Below are positions 23,326-35,950 of a stretch of 64,000 bases of DNA, one piece after another. The DNA is from Felis catus (taxonomy: Eukaryota), in assembly GCF_018350175.1 (NCBI RefSeq), contig NC_058371.1, positions 1,302,001 through 1,366,000 on the forward strand, read 5' to 3'. A program made the position numbers and the translations under genes. The stretch's first letter is position 1. Each line of letters begins with the position of its first letter. Below the pieces are notes generated by a model that had not been told where the DNA came from, searched no databases, and saw only the letters and a program-made list of their open reading frames with translations.

Positions 23326-25104
23326 AGGGGCATCCTCTTTATTTTCTTCCCACCCCCGCCAAGTATCTCTGTGGAAATGACTTACTTTAACGTCCTGCAG
23401 TTTACGGGATGGCTGAAGGATGCCTTCCTGGGGGCGCATCTCCGCAGAATGCCGCATTTCCCGAGCCGGTCGGCTCCGGACGTGCTGTAAGTCAGGTGTT
23501 GAGTCAGCTCTCTCGCTGGGATGAATTTCGCCAAGTCGCCTTTGTAAACGCCCTGCATATCTCGTAAACAAGAAGAGGTCACACCCCGCGGTACGCGTAG
23601 CATCAGCATTGACCACCTGCCTGCAGGAGCACAGACCGAGAGCTGCTCATTTGCAGCCCACCTGCATTTTATTCAGGGCTTTGCCAAGATGCCCCCACTC
23701 CTCCCATGCCTCCGGGCATGCGTTCCCCAGCCGGTTTCTTTATTTCTTGTCCCAAGCAGTGTTTTCCTGGAAGGAACAGTCAGTGCTAGCAGAGACGTAG
23801 AAATAATTATTTTAAGGTGTTTTAATAATTATCTTGTTATAATTCTATGCTATTATGAATTAATCTGGTTCAGCAGCTACACGAAGCTCTTGTTTGCTGA
23901 CCTTCATCATGGCAGACGTGTGCCAAGTGTGACCCGAGCCGTGAGAAACATGTACTGAAGGCCTGCCACCCAGTGCCGGTCCGTGAGAAGCATCTCAGCC
24001 AATTTCCAGCATTTGATTGAAAAATCAGCGCCCATCATGTGTTTCAACCACGTACAATAACCGTGCACAATAGCCAAAGTATATACTATTATAGCTTTCA
24101 GAAAACAGGTATAATCTAAAAATCAGAGCGTTTACATGGTTTCAAAGGCAGTGAATTTTAGTGTTCATGAATACAGGCTTTCTACTTGAAACAACAGAAA
24201 AAGAAAACAGTGACCCTTAAGGTGACCGGAGGCCAGGTGACAATGGGCTGACCCCTGGAGCCAGCACTTAATGACTCTGGAACTTTGGCCTAGTTATTTC
24301 CCCTCCACCAGCCTTGGAGGGTCACACAAGGTGACCAGTACCAGACCCCAGGGCTGTGGAAGGCTGGCAAGGCCCTCACCTTGGCCGGTGCACCACGCCT
24401 CTGACCTCCTTCCTGCTTTGAACCATGCGCTACACCTCCAACGGTGCCCGTAGCACACCTTAGGGGGCTGCACCTGCTTCCGTTTAAGCAGCTTCCAGAA
24501 TTATTTTCATCAACTTTCTGGAACTTGAATTTCACAGAATGCTACAAGCTAAGCCCTATGCGACGGGCTCTGCCCTCCTAACCCGTGAGATGTGTTTGTG
24601 TCCTGCCAGACCATATCCTCAGGCACCGAAGTGTGCTGTGTGCGTGGCCACCTCAGTGCTACCTGCTTCTTGTCATGTCCACGCTCTCGCATGGCCACGT
24701 GTGGGGGCCGGGCTTGCCTGCGGCACATCCGGGGCCTGTGTCCTGGTGAGACCTTGCCCTCTCTGTGAAGCCACCTGCTGTGTTCCCGCACACATCCTCG
24801 GGGAGGCCGTGCTCCCTGCCCCCGATCTCGCCTGTGTCCTGCCCTGCTTCCCAGGGAGCCGGCCTAGACTCTGCTGTGAACTCCCCGTTAGGCCACATCC
24901 TCCCTGGCCCCATCCACCACCGTCTCTTTTAACCCTCCCTCCGTCGTCAGCTCTTCCTGCCCATCTTCGGTAGACCTGGAGGTTCTGGAGGGTTCTGGGA
25001 ACCTCGCCTACATCTCAGCTCTCTGTTGTGCTGGTGTGCTGCTCTTGACCTGTCAAGTGGACAAGACATTTCCTCGGTTGGTGTTGCACATCCTGGGCAA
25101 TCTC

Positions 25105-25270
25105 TGACCAGCTGTGAGTTTCTGGGTGAAGTCCCCCCACCTCTCTCTGCCTCAGTGTCCTAATCTGGGAAATGCTGATAAGTGATCCTTCCTCAGGGTT
25201 CCTGGTGAAGACCAAATGAGTTCACACAGGTAACTACTGAATCCTTGGTACAATTCTTGGGCACATGGGA
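25105..25270 (+). mobile_element. MIR SINE
   Basis: ctctctctgcctcagtgtcctaatctgggaaatg...cctcagggttcctggtgaagaccaaatgagtt matches the MIR core. Confidence 0.7.
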
Positions 25271-26559
25271 GAAAACCCTAAGTTTCAGGCTCTAATACCC
25301 CCTTCCCACGTCCCAACACCCCCTATACGACCCATGTGCCTCAAATGCACAGGACTTCATGCTGTTTCCATCCTATGAATTCCCTCTCCCCAACTGGGGA
25401 AATTCCAACAGCTACCTCAAAGCTGCGCTTCCGGGAAAGTCCTTGCCCTTCCTGTGTGGTTGCTTGGTCCTGTGCTTGGCCCCCCCATCGGTCTCCTTGC
25501 AAATCTCGATGGAGCGTCTATGACATTGGGTCCCATTCACCCATCTGTCTTCTTCCCTAGACTGTGGCTTCTTCAAATTAATGGCAAGTCTTCTTTATCT
25601 TTGCCGCCCTTTGCTGTGTTCAGTACCTCTGCTGTTGCCTACTTGTGAATAGCATTTTGAAATAAATAAAGCAAATAAGAGAAGAACCATAAAAAGAATG
25701 AATAAATGGATGGGTGTAAAGGAGAAAGACGTAGGTAGGAATGCCTTTTCATTATAATATAAATGAGGTTAACCTATCAGAAGGAGGGAAATAACATGGA
25801 AATAAGATTTTTCCAAGATGACTCAGGTAAATTTAAGGGCCAACAAAAATCATTATGCATATTTTATTTAGATTCTCAAAGGAGCTGTTGACTATTTCCC
25901 ACTAAATCTGTCAAGTACAGTTAGAGTGGAAATGAAAAAAAAATGTTTATCACACGAAAATATTGTCTTGAAGTCAGGAACTATGAAATGTTTCAAGGCC
26001 CTTCTCTGGATGGAGAAATGATAAAACAGGGACTCAAATCCCCAGTAATCAGTGACTGGATTCACTATCTTTTATAAACCATCTTGAATTAGGAAGGCAC
26101 CACAAAGTCTCCAACGCTGGAGTTCTTGTCTGGTGCCATGGGGACAGTACAGGTAGATCCCATGAGGTTCTCATGAGGCTGTGTGAGTGCGTCCAGAGGA
26201 CTCGGGAAGGCTGGGGCAGGACACGCCTGCAGGTATGTAACAGCAACTACATAGTTACTAACGACGAGTTTGTGTTTGTCACTTTTTTCCAAAAAGAACC
26301 TTAAATCACAATAAGCCATTCCCCGAAGGCACCAACCGATAGGATGCTATGATTTAAAGCAGATAATCAAAAGGCTCCACCAAATGTGGGCACCACGAAG
26401 AAAACTTGGTGACGTATCTGAAAACATTGTCATATCCTCTGTTGGGAACAGATGTTCTTGCAAGGTTCTGTAAAGCCAGTTAACGCCGGTCAGAGAAAGA
26501 AAATCAAAATATTCAGTGTTGGAAGGAGTTGTCTGTTGAGAAGCAGCTAAGAGGAATGG

Positions 26560-26800
26560 GCTTACATTGGGAAGATGGGCTGAGCAAAAAGGGGAAGTAG
26601 TGTGGATGGGGTGCTGTGTGATCTTTCAGCGGGATTGAAATGATGTCCCACAAATGTGGTAAAGGTTCAAAGTAAAAATAACTTCAAAGGAGTTTGAGAT
26701 GTTTTTTACGTGGTAGATATAACGGTATCTATAATGGTAGATACAATGGCTTGCATAATGGAAGCCAGATGGACTATTGGTTCTTCTCAAATTATTTCAA
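26560..26800 (+). mobile_element. Possible L3/CR1 reverse-transcriptase fossil
   Basis: gggaagtagtgtggatggggtgctgtgtgatctttcagcgggattgaaatgatgtcccac weakly resembles the CR1 RT segment encoding VD(V/I)VYLDFSKAFDKV; very diverged. Confidence 0.3.
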
Positions 26801-27714
26801 ATGCTCCCTTTGAACATCAGCCATATTGTACCCAAATGACCCTCCCATGCCCATGCTAGATGCACGATGGTTACCCACTTGTCCAGGCATGGCATTTCCT
26901 AGGTTCTCATCATGACCTCCATGGAAACTGATGAGTTTGTGCTTAATGCCTTCTTCTCTGTGCCCATGTGGTCTCAGGCGTCTTGAGGGCAGTGACACCA
27001 TACTGGATACCGCGCTTGTGTGGTGTAGTGCACTCTGCTACCTGTGATCCTCCCATGAGGTCACAGAGTCGGGTTCTGTCACTGGTGTCCTGTGGATGAG
27101 GAGACGGAGCTCCAGCAACACCGAATGCTCCCCCCAAGGTCAAGAAGATCCTCTCCATCCCCCCACCCACCCCGTTCTGTGAAAATGTGGACAGAGAGAC
27201 AAACAGCACTGCGGTTAAGTCAAGCACCTGTCAGGCAGCTTAATAAGTGAAAGAGGAATTAAAAACTTGGCAGCGTCCCGGTCAGACGTGTGCATACAAC
27301 GAACATTTCTAGTGGCTGGGTTTTGTTCTGCAAACAGGCAGCCCTAGGCTCGCTTTCTGCACGTCCTGTCTCTCTTCAGGTATTTATTCCGAAGTGTGAA
27401 CATGAATCCATCCCTGCACAAAGCCTGTTAGTGCAAATGCTCGTGGAGTTATAAAGCATGTGCTTTTGTTCCAAGTAATAGGTTTGCTTGGTTAGAGAGC
27501 CGCCTGGCTCTGATGCCATGCAGGACTCCAGGGACTGCCATTGTTGGGGCTGCCATTGGAGAGCTCCATGCAGTTTATGCCACAGAAGATTGCGTCCCCA
27601 TCCCCCTCTCACGTCCATGATGCTAGCTCAACCAAGGAACCCCGGGGGGAGCAGGGGAGACACACATGCACTTCATACCTGTCATCTGCTCGGTGCAAAT
27701 GCTCTGCACACCTT

Positions 27715-27850
27715 TCCTCCCTTCATTCCTACAAAACCCTGCATCAAGCATTATTATCGCTGCCTTAGTGCTGGTACAGAAATCTGGGGTGCAGGTAGTT
27801 GAGCAAAACTTGTCTCTGGCTTCACGTCCTTCTGTCCTTCTGCCGTGAAG
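27715..27850 (-). mobile_element. L2 3' fragment
   Basis: cccttcattcctacaaaaccctgcatcaagcattattatcgctgccttagtgctggtacagaaatctgggg resembles the L2 3' end reverse complement. Confidence 0.45.
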
Positions 27851-30149
27851 GCTTAGAACACGGTCCCTTGGCCAGGGTCAGTGCGGTAGATAAACTATAG
27901 GTGTAAATGCATGGACATAATCAGAAGGGAGGAGGGAAAGCGGAAAAAGGGAGACAGCAGGAGAAGAGGAAAGAAATGTAGGGTGGATGAAACAGAGCAG
28001 AAATGATGTTGGCTTGGCGGCCCACCTCCCCTTGCTCGGTGGGGCAGCCGCCCACCACATGCACTTGGCAAGGGTCTGTGCAGAGGAACCCAAGGAGGCC
28101 TTTGAACAGACCCCTGGGCGTCCTGGAACAGTTTCAGAGAAATCGATCAAGGTCCACCCACGTGCAGCTAATGCATTTGAAGGATTCAATTACTGCCTCA
28201 TCCTTCCTGGCAAGAATTCAGAGGTTCGCAGCCCATAAGTTTGAACACCAGGAGCCTGTGTTCTCACCAAATATTACATTTTCAAGCGTAGCTACCACTC
28301 ACACTCATCTGTCGTGAAGTGAAGAATACAGTGTCTGAGATCATCGTGTGTTCAGGGGGCGGGGAGAATGTGTTCGGTTGAGTCCAGGTGTGGGCAGTGC
28401 AGCATCAGATGCCCCCAAGAATACTGCGACCTCATTAGCAGGGACATTCCAAAGTCTGCTCCACCGGTAATTGAAGCCTCTCCGGTCATGCAGCCACGTG
28501 CACCATATTCTGCCTGAAATCCATCTTCAGAAATTGTGACCTTGGTTGGCCAATTATTGTGTAAAGGTCTCCACTGCTGGATATTGAAGAAATGGCTATC
28601 CAGTAGGTATTAGCTAAGTCATTTGTTAGGTTATGTGGTGTTAAAAAGTTATATAAACTCCCTTTAAATGGTGTGACACCTGAAAACTATTAAGTTCTAG
28701 AACATTCTTGGGTCATTTCTAGAAATACAGTGAATGGATTTTATTCTAGGATTTTTTGGAAAAGTAATTATTTTTCCAGTCACGTAGCTTGATGGATGGT
28801 CCTGTCGACTTCCCTCTTCCTGTCAAGCTCCAAATCCCGTGACTTAAGTCTTCTTTCACAGTGTTTTAAGTAAATGAACTTGAAAAAAATAAATCTATTT
28901 CTGTTAACCTTTTTAAGATCATTTCCCCCCCCCATCATGTGTAAGCATCCCAATCCATCTCAACATTTTGAATTTCTTTCCATCCCAATTCATTCTATGT
29001 AAAATATCCTGAACTACAATTTCATGCACGTCACTTCCCGATTCAGAACCATGTAAGTTATCAGTAGTATATCCTGAATATATAAAAATTATTAAGTTCT
29101 GTATTTAGCTAGGTACCTTCGCCTTGAACCCAAAACTTTCTGGGTTCAATCTGTCCTTCCAACTGCATTCCTTTCTACCAAAACACCCTTTATTCTAACC
29201 AAATTATACCGCTTGCTGTTTCCCAAATATCACTTGCTTGCTGTGGTTCTTTGTTAATCTGGTTAACAGGGCCCTGCCCGCGTCTACCTTGTTTGAAGCC
29301 TCCCACACATCTGGGTCTAGAGCTGCCGGTACTGTTCCCACAGCTCCATGCTGTGTGCTCTCTTTGTCACCAGCAGAGAACTTTGCCATCTTGGTTTTAG
29401 TGAGTTGAGTGGCTGCCTTAAGGCCAGCCTGGACGTCAGCTTCCAAAGGGAAAGATTCTTTTCTTATGGGCGATCACTCCCCTGAGAAGGATGTGTGCTG
29501 TGTCATACCCTGTCCAGCTCAGGAGAGTACCTGAGAGAAAATGGAAGCCCCTCCAAAAAGTGGCAACACAAAAATGGCAAAATAACAAAGCGTGCATTTC
29601 AGACGTCTGAACGCCGTGGCTCATGAGCAAGGAACCTGGTTCCTTCTCCCTGGGAGAGAGCTAGTTCGTGCTGTGTGATACGTCCTGTGATAATCTGGGG
29701 ACACGGCCTGCCATTCACTCATCTTGGAGCTTTTCTCCAGTGCTTTTTAAACAGAAAAACACGTGTCTATGTCGTGCACGTATTAGCATCTGGCAGCTGT
29801 GTTAGAATATAGTTTTGACTACAGTTCATCAATCAACATCAAATCTTACGATTCCCAGAATAAGAACACCTGAGCAGTCTACACAGCATTAATACAGAGG
29901 CCAACAAGGCTTGAAAGAGAGGATCAGTTTCATGCTATACTCTCAGTCTTACTATGATGTCACAGTACTCCACTGAAGGTGGGTAAAACTTCACCTGTTA
30001 GAGCTGCGAATATTATGAAAATTGTATTTCCGTAGACTGAGTTCACTAAAAAGGCAGAATAGAGATTAATGGTGACCAAGAGGCAAGCATATAGATTTAG
30101 TACATACAATAAACGTGGCATATAAAAATATTAGCAGTTATGATGGCTG

Positions 30150-30330
30150 ACATTTACCGAACCCCTAATATGCACCAGGAGCTGACAGTAAGGTTGCGTT
30201 CATTATTCCATGTAATCCTCAGAACACCCCGATAGGGTAAGTAGGAACCCCCCTGCCCCCCACGGTTTTCAGGTGGCAGAGCTGAGGTTTGATGGAGTTT
30301 CCGGAGGTTGCAAAGCCACTTGGAAGGAGA
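30150..30330 (-). mobile_element. MIR SINE
   Basis: acatttaccgaacccctaatatgcaccagg...catgtaatcctcagaacaccccgatagggtaagtagg...ttttcaggtggcagagctgagg matches the MIR reverse complement. Confidence 0.7.
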
Positions 30331-30944
30331 GACTTCCCATCTATAGGAAGCGGGCTTCCTGTGGCTCCAACAACAAACTACAGGGTTCTCCAAAGCCACC
30401 AGCACAGCATCTGCTGAGGCTGTGGTGGGGGCTGCTCCCTTACCCTCAGGGGGGCCCAGTGGAGGCCCCGTGCACTGAGCCACGCGGCGCTTTCCTGGCA
30501 TGTCCCAGTACCTTTCCCCACCAAGTGTTGGAATGTGGCTCTTTTTGCTTTTCCTGTGCCCTTTCCTTCCCAGGATTCAAGGGCAGAATTGTGGGTGGCT
30601 ATAGCTGAGGGGTGGTTTCACTGATACCCACAGTCCTGCGGCCACAGTCTCCTTCAGTCCACTGCCCACCCCACACACAGGCTCCATCAGAGACCACCTG
30701 CTCAGTGCTCGACATCAGCACCGTGACAGCAGCTGGGACTTTCCTGGAGATGAACTTTGGGCAGACCCACCCGCACACCTGACATTGAGACCAGAGAGGC
30801 TGGAATCAGAGCGGTGCACAAAGATGAGGCTTTGTGTCCCTCTGCTGACTTCTGGAAATCTGACACAAGGGGACAGAGACGTTTGGGTCTGCTGCTCTTG
30901 CTGAGGCATGGCAAAGAGAAAGCACATCTATTCAAATCTATTTA

Positions 30945-31330
30945 AATCCATTTTCTCTGTCAAGAAGAGTGATCTTCCGACAAAAAGGGTAGCACGCATA
31001 TTTGAGGAGAGAAATGAAGTCTGCGATGGGTGAGAACATAATTGCACTAAATTAGTTTGAATTTGCAGTCCCAGATGAACTCCGTCTCAGGGAAGCGAAG
31101 GCACTTGTATATATGATCGCTAACATGCTGGCAGTAATTCTTGAGAAGTTTTGGAAAATAGAAAAGATGCCTACCTAGGGTAGGAAATACCATTCTGGTT
31201 TTCAACATAGGAAAGAAATGGATTCCAACAATCCATTATGTTCTGGTGCAATCCTTGTTTATTGCAGGCAGAATTCTACAACCAGACTTTCAAGGACACA
31301 GGTGATGAGTGTTTAGAAAGAAAAACAGTG
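30945..31330 (+). mobile_element. L3/CR1 LINE fossil (ORF2, upstream part of RT)
   Basis: 31071-31175 translates PDELRLREAKALVYMIANMLAVILEKFWKIEKMPT, co-linear without indels with the CR1 ORF2 segment [35 protein letters not shown]. Followed by an F-x-x-GKK-like remnant. Confidence 0.75.
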
Positions 31331-32954
31331 ACGTCTGTGATTGAGTATGGATCAAATAATTTCAGAGAAACTCCAATTCTGCCTTTATAGACATAACACA
31401 AATCTGTGTCTTGATTCCACGAAGACAGAGAAGTGTTTGAAAAAGACTTCCTCTGGGAGGAGAGGGGCGGGTGGTGGAAGGGTCCCCAGGTATTAGGGGG
31501 GCTTTGAGGGCCTGAATCACCTGTGGCTGGAAGGGTGTGGGCTGGTGTGTGCTCACTGTCCCACGTTGTGGAGTATACAGTAAGTGCTCGTTAAGTTTCC
31601 AGGGAACTCAGGAAATGTGCAAAGGGCCAGAACTGTGGGGGCACGTGTTCCATCATCAATTGGGGGAAAGCTGAAGAAACAGTTAAGCCCAGAAATGTGC
31701 TCAAACATGAGAAATGCCAAGGGATTACACGCACACTCCGCTGTCTGGGAGTCAGGTGAGCGACAGTGTCGAGTCAGCAGACATGTGATGCAATGAGTGG
31801 CTGGAAGGCGGAGTGAGCCCAACTAGGTTTGTGAAATGCTGCGCTGGGGCTGTTCCATCCATGACAGCACACCTTTCCAGGAACTGGAATGACATTGCAG
31901 GAGGTAGGGCAGCCGGCTCCCCTCGCTCCCGAACACATGGACTGATGACCCTCCAGGCGCCAGGCAGGGACTCCGTGGCGCCCCGAAGGGAACCAGCCCT
32001 GGCCCTGGACGCACACAGAGCTCAGGACCATGGACAGGGCCGGGCCCCCAGATCTTGTGAAGCTGGGGCCTCCTAGAGGAGATAACTTGTAAGTTTGTGG
32101 GGCAAGGTCACCTGCGGAGGATCGGGGCACAGCCCACTGCTGAGGAGCATGATGGAGGTTAGTGGTGACTGCCATGGGGACAGAGACATGGGGCTGCTAG
32201 GGAGCCGGAGAGGTCCTGGAGCAGAGTGTAGACCTGCAGGGCCACCAGGGCCACACGGAGGCCGGGGAGGACCGGGTGAGGCCACAGCATCTGAGGGATC
32301 TGCATCGAAACCGCTATCACCCTTGGACGGGAAGGCCGATGGGAAGGAAAAGGAACGAGAGAGGCCCATGAATGGAGAGACTGTGTCTGGGGTAGATTCA
32401 CGTTAGGCCACTTGGCAAGAAGTCTTCTTTGGGGGATACAGCGTCCCTCATATCACATCCCATTTCGAGGCACATGTGGCACATGGTTTCACTACAGGTG
32501 ATGATAAACTTTCTCATCAGAGTGTGAGTGACTGATCCCTCCATCGCAAAGGGGTGTCTCCCCGTCTTCAGTCAGTAAATAACACATGGGGTGATGGTTT
32601 ACCTCCATGTGCATTTCCATGTAGGTCCTTGCCTGATTCGGTTATTACACTTGTTTTGGAAAATGGTGATTGTTCTACTTGGGCCATTTCCTCTAGATTT
32701 ATTAGCTAGCTTCTGACTGTTAAGAAGAACCTTTCCTTTTTTTGTAGATACAAAGATTTTGAATTCTGAATTTTTGATTCCTTGATTTATAGTATTTGCT
32801 TTATTCATGTGGTAAGGTCCCTTTTGAGGAAGATCTCATTTCCAGATAATGCCAGCTGAAAGTACTATTATATATTTTATAAGACAAGAAATTGAGAGAG
32901 CTTGTTGTAATATGAGTGGTACAGTTACAGAGAACCCCAGAGGGCACGCGGTCC

Positions 32955-33028
32955 TTGAACAGATGTCAGTGAAAGCTTGTACATGTGTATGTGTTAGAGA
33001 ATGTGGATGGCTACGCCGTGCCCCCTGT
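32955..33028 (+). repeat. Dispersed direct repeat, copy A (core ~74 bp)
   Basis: About 90% identical to 35878-35950; shares a perfect 27-mer gatgtcagtgaaagcttgtacatgtgt. Confidence 0.95.
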
Positions 33029-34439
33029 GGGTGAAGGATGAGCAGATGGCCATCTCTAGGGAGAGCTGGAAATTGCCTAAGCATGTGGATAACTACAGCA
33101 ACATCATAGCACACCGAAAGCAGTGACCCTCCTGGCAAGAATTTGAGACACAAAAAAAGATGAAATGTTTGGGACGGGTGACCCTAACAACATAGATTCA
33201 TTGTATCTTTTGGGGGAGAGGGAGATCTGTTTTTGGGACAGTGAACGAGTCCATAAATGTCAACAGCTAATGCCAAGGTAGCAAGTTGGTGGTTTAACAT
33301 GTATTTTTGAGTTTGATCGACAGAGATTTAATGTTTTCATGTAAACAGGTGCATTCTGTCACTTCCTTTCCCCAGGGTGTCTGTACATGAGATGGAGCTC
33401 CTGGGGGTGCCCATCCCTGGGGACCCCCACCTTGGGGTGGGTGAGGGATGGGACCTGCTTTTTTGTCCACCCCTGTGCCCATACACGACTGATAACCATG
33501 GCGCTGACGGCTGACTGCTCCTTCCTTCCTTTATCGGCTTCCCTGCCCTGGGACATGTCAGCGTCCACGTCTCGGCTCCGAAGCAGTCTCGGAGTGCTAA
33601 CCCCGAGCCGACTGACCATGAATTCACGTAGTGGAGGTGGGTGGCACCTGCTTCTCCCCGTTGGTCTCTTGTAGACAGCATTCACAGGCACTGAGTGTGC
33701 GAGATGCTCTGGAGGACAGAGTGGGGGCAGGGAGGATGGGCAGAGCTGGCGGCAGGAGCAAGGAGCCACGCCATTTGAGCTATTTCTGGTTGTTGAGCGA
33801 TTATCATTGATCCTAAATTAATCTCTGCAAAAGTTAGACCTGCATGTATGTGATGCTCCCCAGAGTGAGGGTTAGGAAGACAAGAATCTAACGCATCCAA
33901 ACTCACCTGAAATGACCACGAAGTATTGGAAAATAGACATGCTCTTACTGTAAACACCGTGATTTCAATGAGTTCAACAAAAATAATAGCCAGACAATTA
34001 AAAAACACATTAAGTAGCCAACTGGACAGAGCTTTTCCTGTTTAACGATCTACTTTATGGCAGCAGCCACCCCATGTGCATGTCCAGGAGGGTGACAGGT
34101 GCCCAGAAGCCCCTGGAGAGGAAATGTAGTGTAGCTTTTAAGTATTTCTCTCTTTGACCAAATGTAGAGAATTGGGGGCATTTAGCTATTCTTAGGCTGA
34201 TTGTCTGACACAGGTAAGAAGTATGTTAAAGCCTAGGGAGGCCTTTTCTTTTCTCTGTGTTCTAGTTCCTAAGTTAAAGGAGACCATAAATTTTGCTAAC
34301 ACGTATGTACTGAGTACCTTTTAGTGCTTGGGGCCGTATTAGACCCCTACATCGTTTTCCTTCAGCCAGAACATACTGACACTGTGAGATAGAGGGTGCT
34401 TGTGATTTCCAAGGGAAATAATGAAAATTAAAATGGTCA

Positions 34440-34830
34440 GTTCTTTATATCCACACGGGAGAATGTTAGCCAGCCTCAAAAAGGAAGGAAATTCTAACAC
34501 CTACTACAGCAGGGATGGACCTGACAACTCAATGCTGAGGAAAAGAAGCCCGACACACAGAGACAAGCACTGTGTGTTTCTACTTACAGGTGGTCCCTGG
34601 AGCAGCCACATCCACGGAGACAGGACGGGGACAGTGGGCACTGGGCTAGGCGTAGGGGTGGGAGAGTGTCCAGTGGGGACAGCGCTTCAGTTTGGGAGGA
34701 TGGGAAGGTCCCAGAGGCAGACGGTGGTGATGGTCTCACAGCATGACTCTGACTTAATGCCGCTGAACTGGACGCTTAAAAATGGGTGAGATGGTAACTG
34801 GAACGTGACGTGTAGTTTACCACATTTAAA
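34440..34830 (+). mobile_element. L1MB-like 3' end
   Basis: cagcctcaaaaaggaaggaaattctaacacctactacagcagggatggacc...ttcagtttgggaggatgggaagg...cttaatgccgctgaactggacgcttaaaaatgg...tttaccaca. Confidence 0.85.
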
Positions 34831-35021
34831 GGCTCAGTCGGCTAAGCGTCCGACTTCGGCTCAGGTCATGATCTCAGCGTTTGTGAGTTTGAGCCCATCA
34901 GGGCCTGCTGACAGCTCGGAGCCTGGGGCCTGCTTCAGATTCTGTGTCTCCCTCCCTCTGGCCCTCCTCTGCTCACGCTGTCTCTCTCTCTGTCTCAAAA
35001 ATAAGTAAACTTTAAAATAAT
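34831..35021 (+). mobile_element. Can-SINE, slightly 5'-truncated, in the L1 tail
   Basis: Starts ggctcagtcggctaagcgtccgacttcggctcagg. TSD atttaaa at 34824-34830 and 35022-35028. Confidence 0.93.
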
Positions 35022-35074
35022 ATTTAAATGTTCAGTTCTTAGTAAACTTGTGTAGCACTTTGCAAACTAAAGCA

Positions 35075-35770
35075 CTTATTTGTTTATTTTTAATGAGATG
35101 CATTGACATATAACATTATGTCAGTTTAAGGTGTCCAGCGTGCTGATTTGGCAAGTTTATGTTACGGTATGATCACCAACACGGAGTTAGCTAACACCTC
35201 CATCACATCCTATAATCATCAGTTCTCTCTTGTGCTGGGAACACAGTCCCTTGGCAACGATGACATTCATCATACAGTGTTGTTGACCGTAATCAAGCTG
35301 TGCGCTCATTCTCAGGACTCACTTATCTCCAGCTGTGAGCTCGTAGCGGTCAACACCTGCCCAGTCCCCTTCCCCAGCCCCTGGCAACCACGTTACTCCC
35401 TGTTTGTATCAGGTTGACCTTCGTAGATTCCCCATATAAGTGAGGCTGTGCAGTCTTTGTCTGTCTGTCTTCCTTCACTCAGCATAAGGCCATCAAGGTC
35501 CATCCATGTTGTCACAGATAGAGTCCTTCTTTAAACCTGCGTAATAGCCCACATGTAAGTGTCCTCTTATCTGTGCATGCATCCATCGGCAGACACTGAG
35601 GCTGTGTCCCCATACCAACTGCTGTGAATACACTGCCATCAGCACAGGGGTTCGTGTTTCCATTTCCTTCGAACGTATGCCCAGAAGTGGGATTGCTGGA
35701 TCCCATGGCGGTTCTGTTTAATAATTTGAGGAATGTCCCTACTGTTTTCCACAGTCTTTACAGCACTTTG
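35075..35770 (-). mobile_element. L1 3' end (L1MA9 / L1_Carn-like)
   Basis: tttaatgagatgcattgacatataacattatgtcagtttaaggtgtccagcg...tagattccccatataagtgagg...tcaaggtccatccatgttgtcac...cccagaagtgggattgctggatc. Confidence 0.88.
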
Positions 35771-35877
35771 AAAAATAAGGTACTTAATTTTTTAATTGTA
35801 TTTTGGCACTGAACAAGGTAATAGAAATTATACATAACCGCGTAGCTTCGGATGTGACGACGTTGTGAATTCAGCCT

Positions 35878-35950
35878 TTGAACCGATGTCAGTGAAAGCT
35901 TGTACATGTGTGTGTATTAAAGAATGTGATGGCTCAGCCGTGCCCCCTGT
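35878..35950 (+). repeat. Dispersed direct repeat, copy B (core ~73 bp)
   Basis: Matches 32955-33028 with 6 substitutions and one 1-bp gap. Confidence 0.95.

Noticed and set aside
29204-29446. 80-aa minus-strand ORF with protein-like composition (MEADVQAGLKAATQLTK...)
   Set aside because: Non-ATG start, weak flanking splice signals and no protein I recognise. A tblastx search would settle it.
30714-30733. REST/RE1-like site tcagcaccgtgacagc
   Set aside because: Half-site spacing is one base shorter than canonical TCAGCACCnnGGACAG and the right half lacks a G.
23326-34830. 11.5-kb stretch without Can-SINEs, versus 9 SINEs in 37.4-48.9 kb
   Set aside because: With 21 insertions in 64 kb, one gap this long is not unlikely under random placement.
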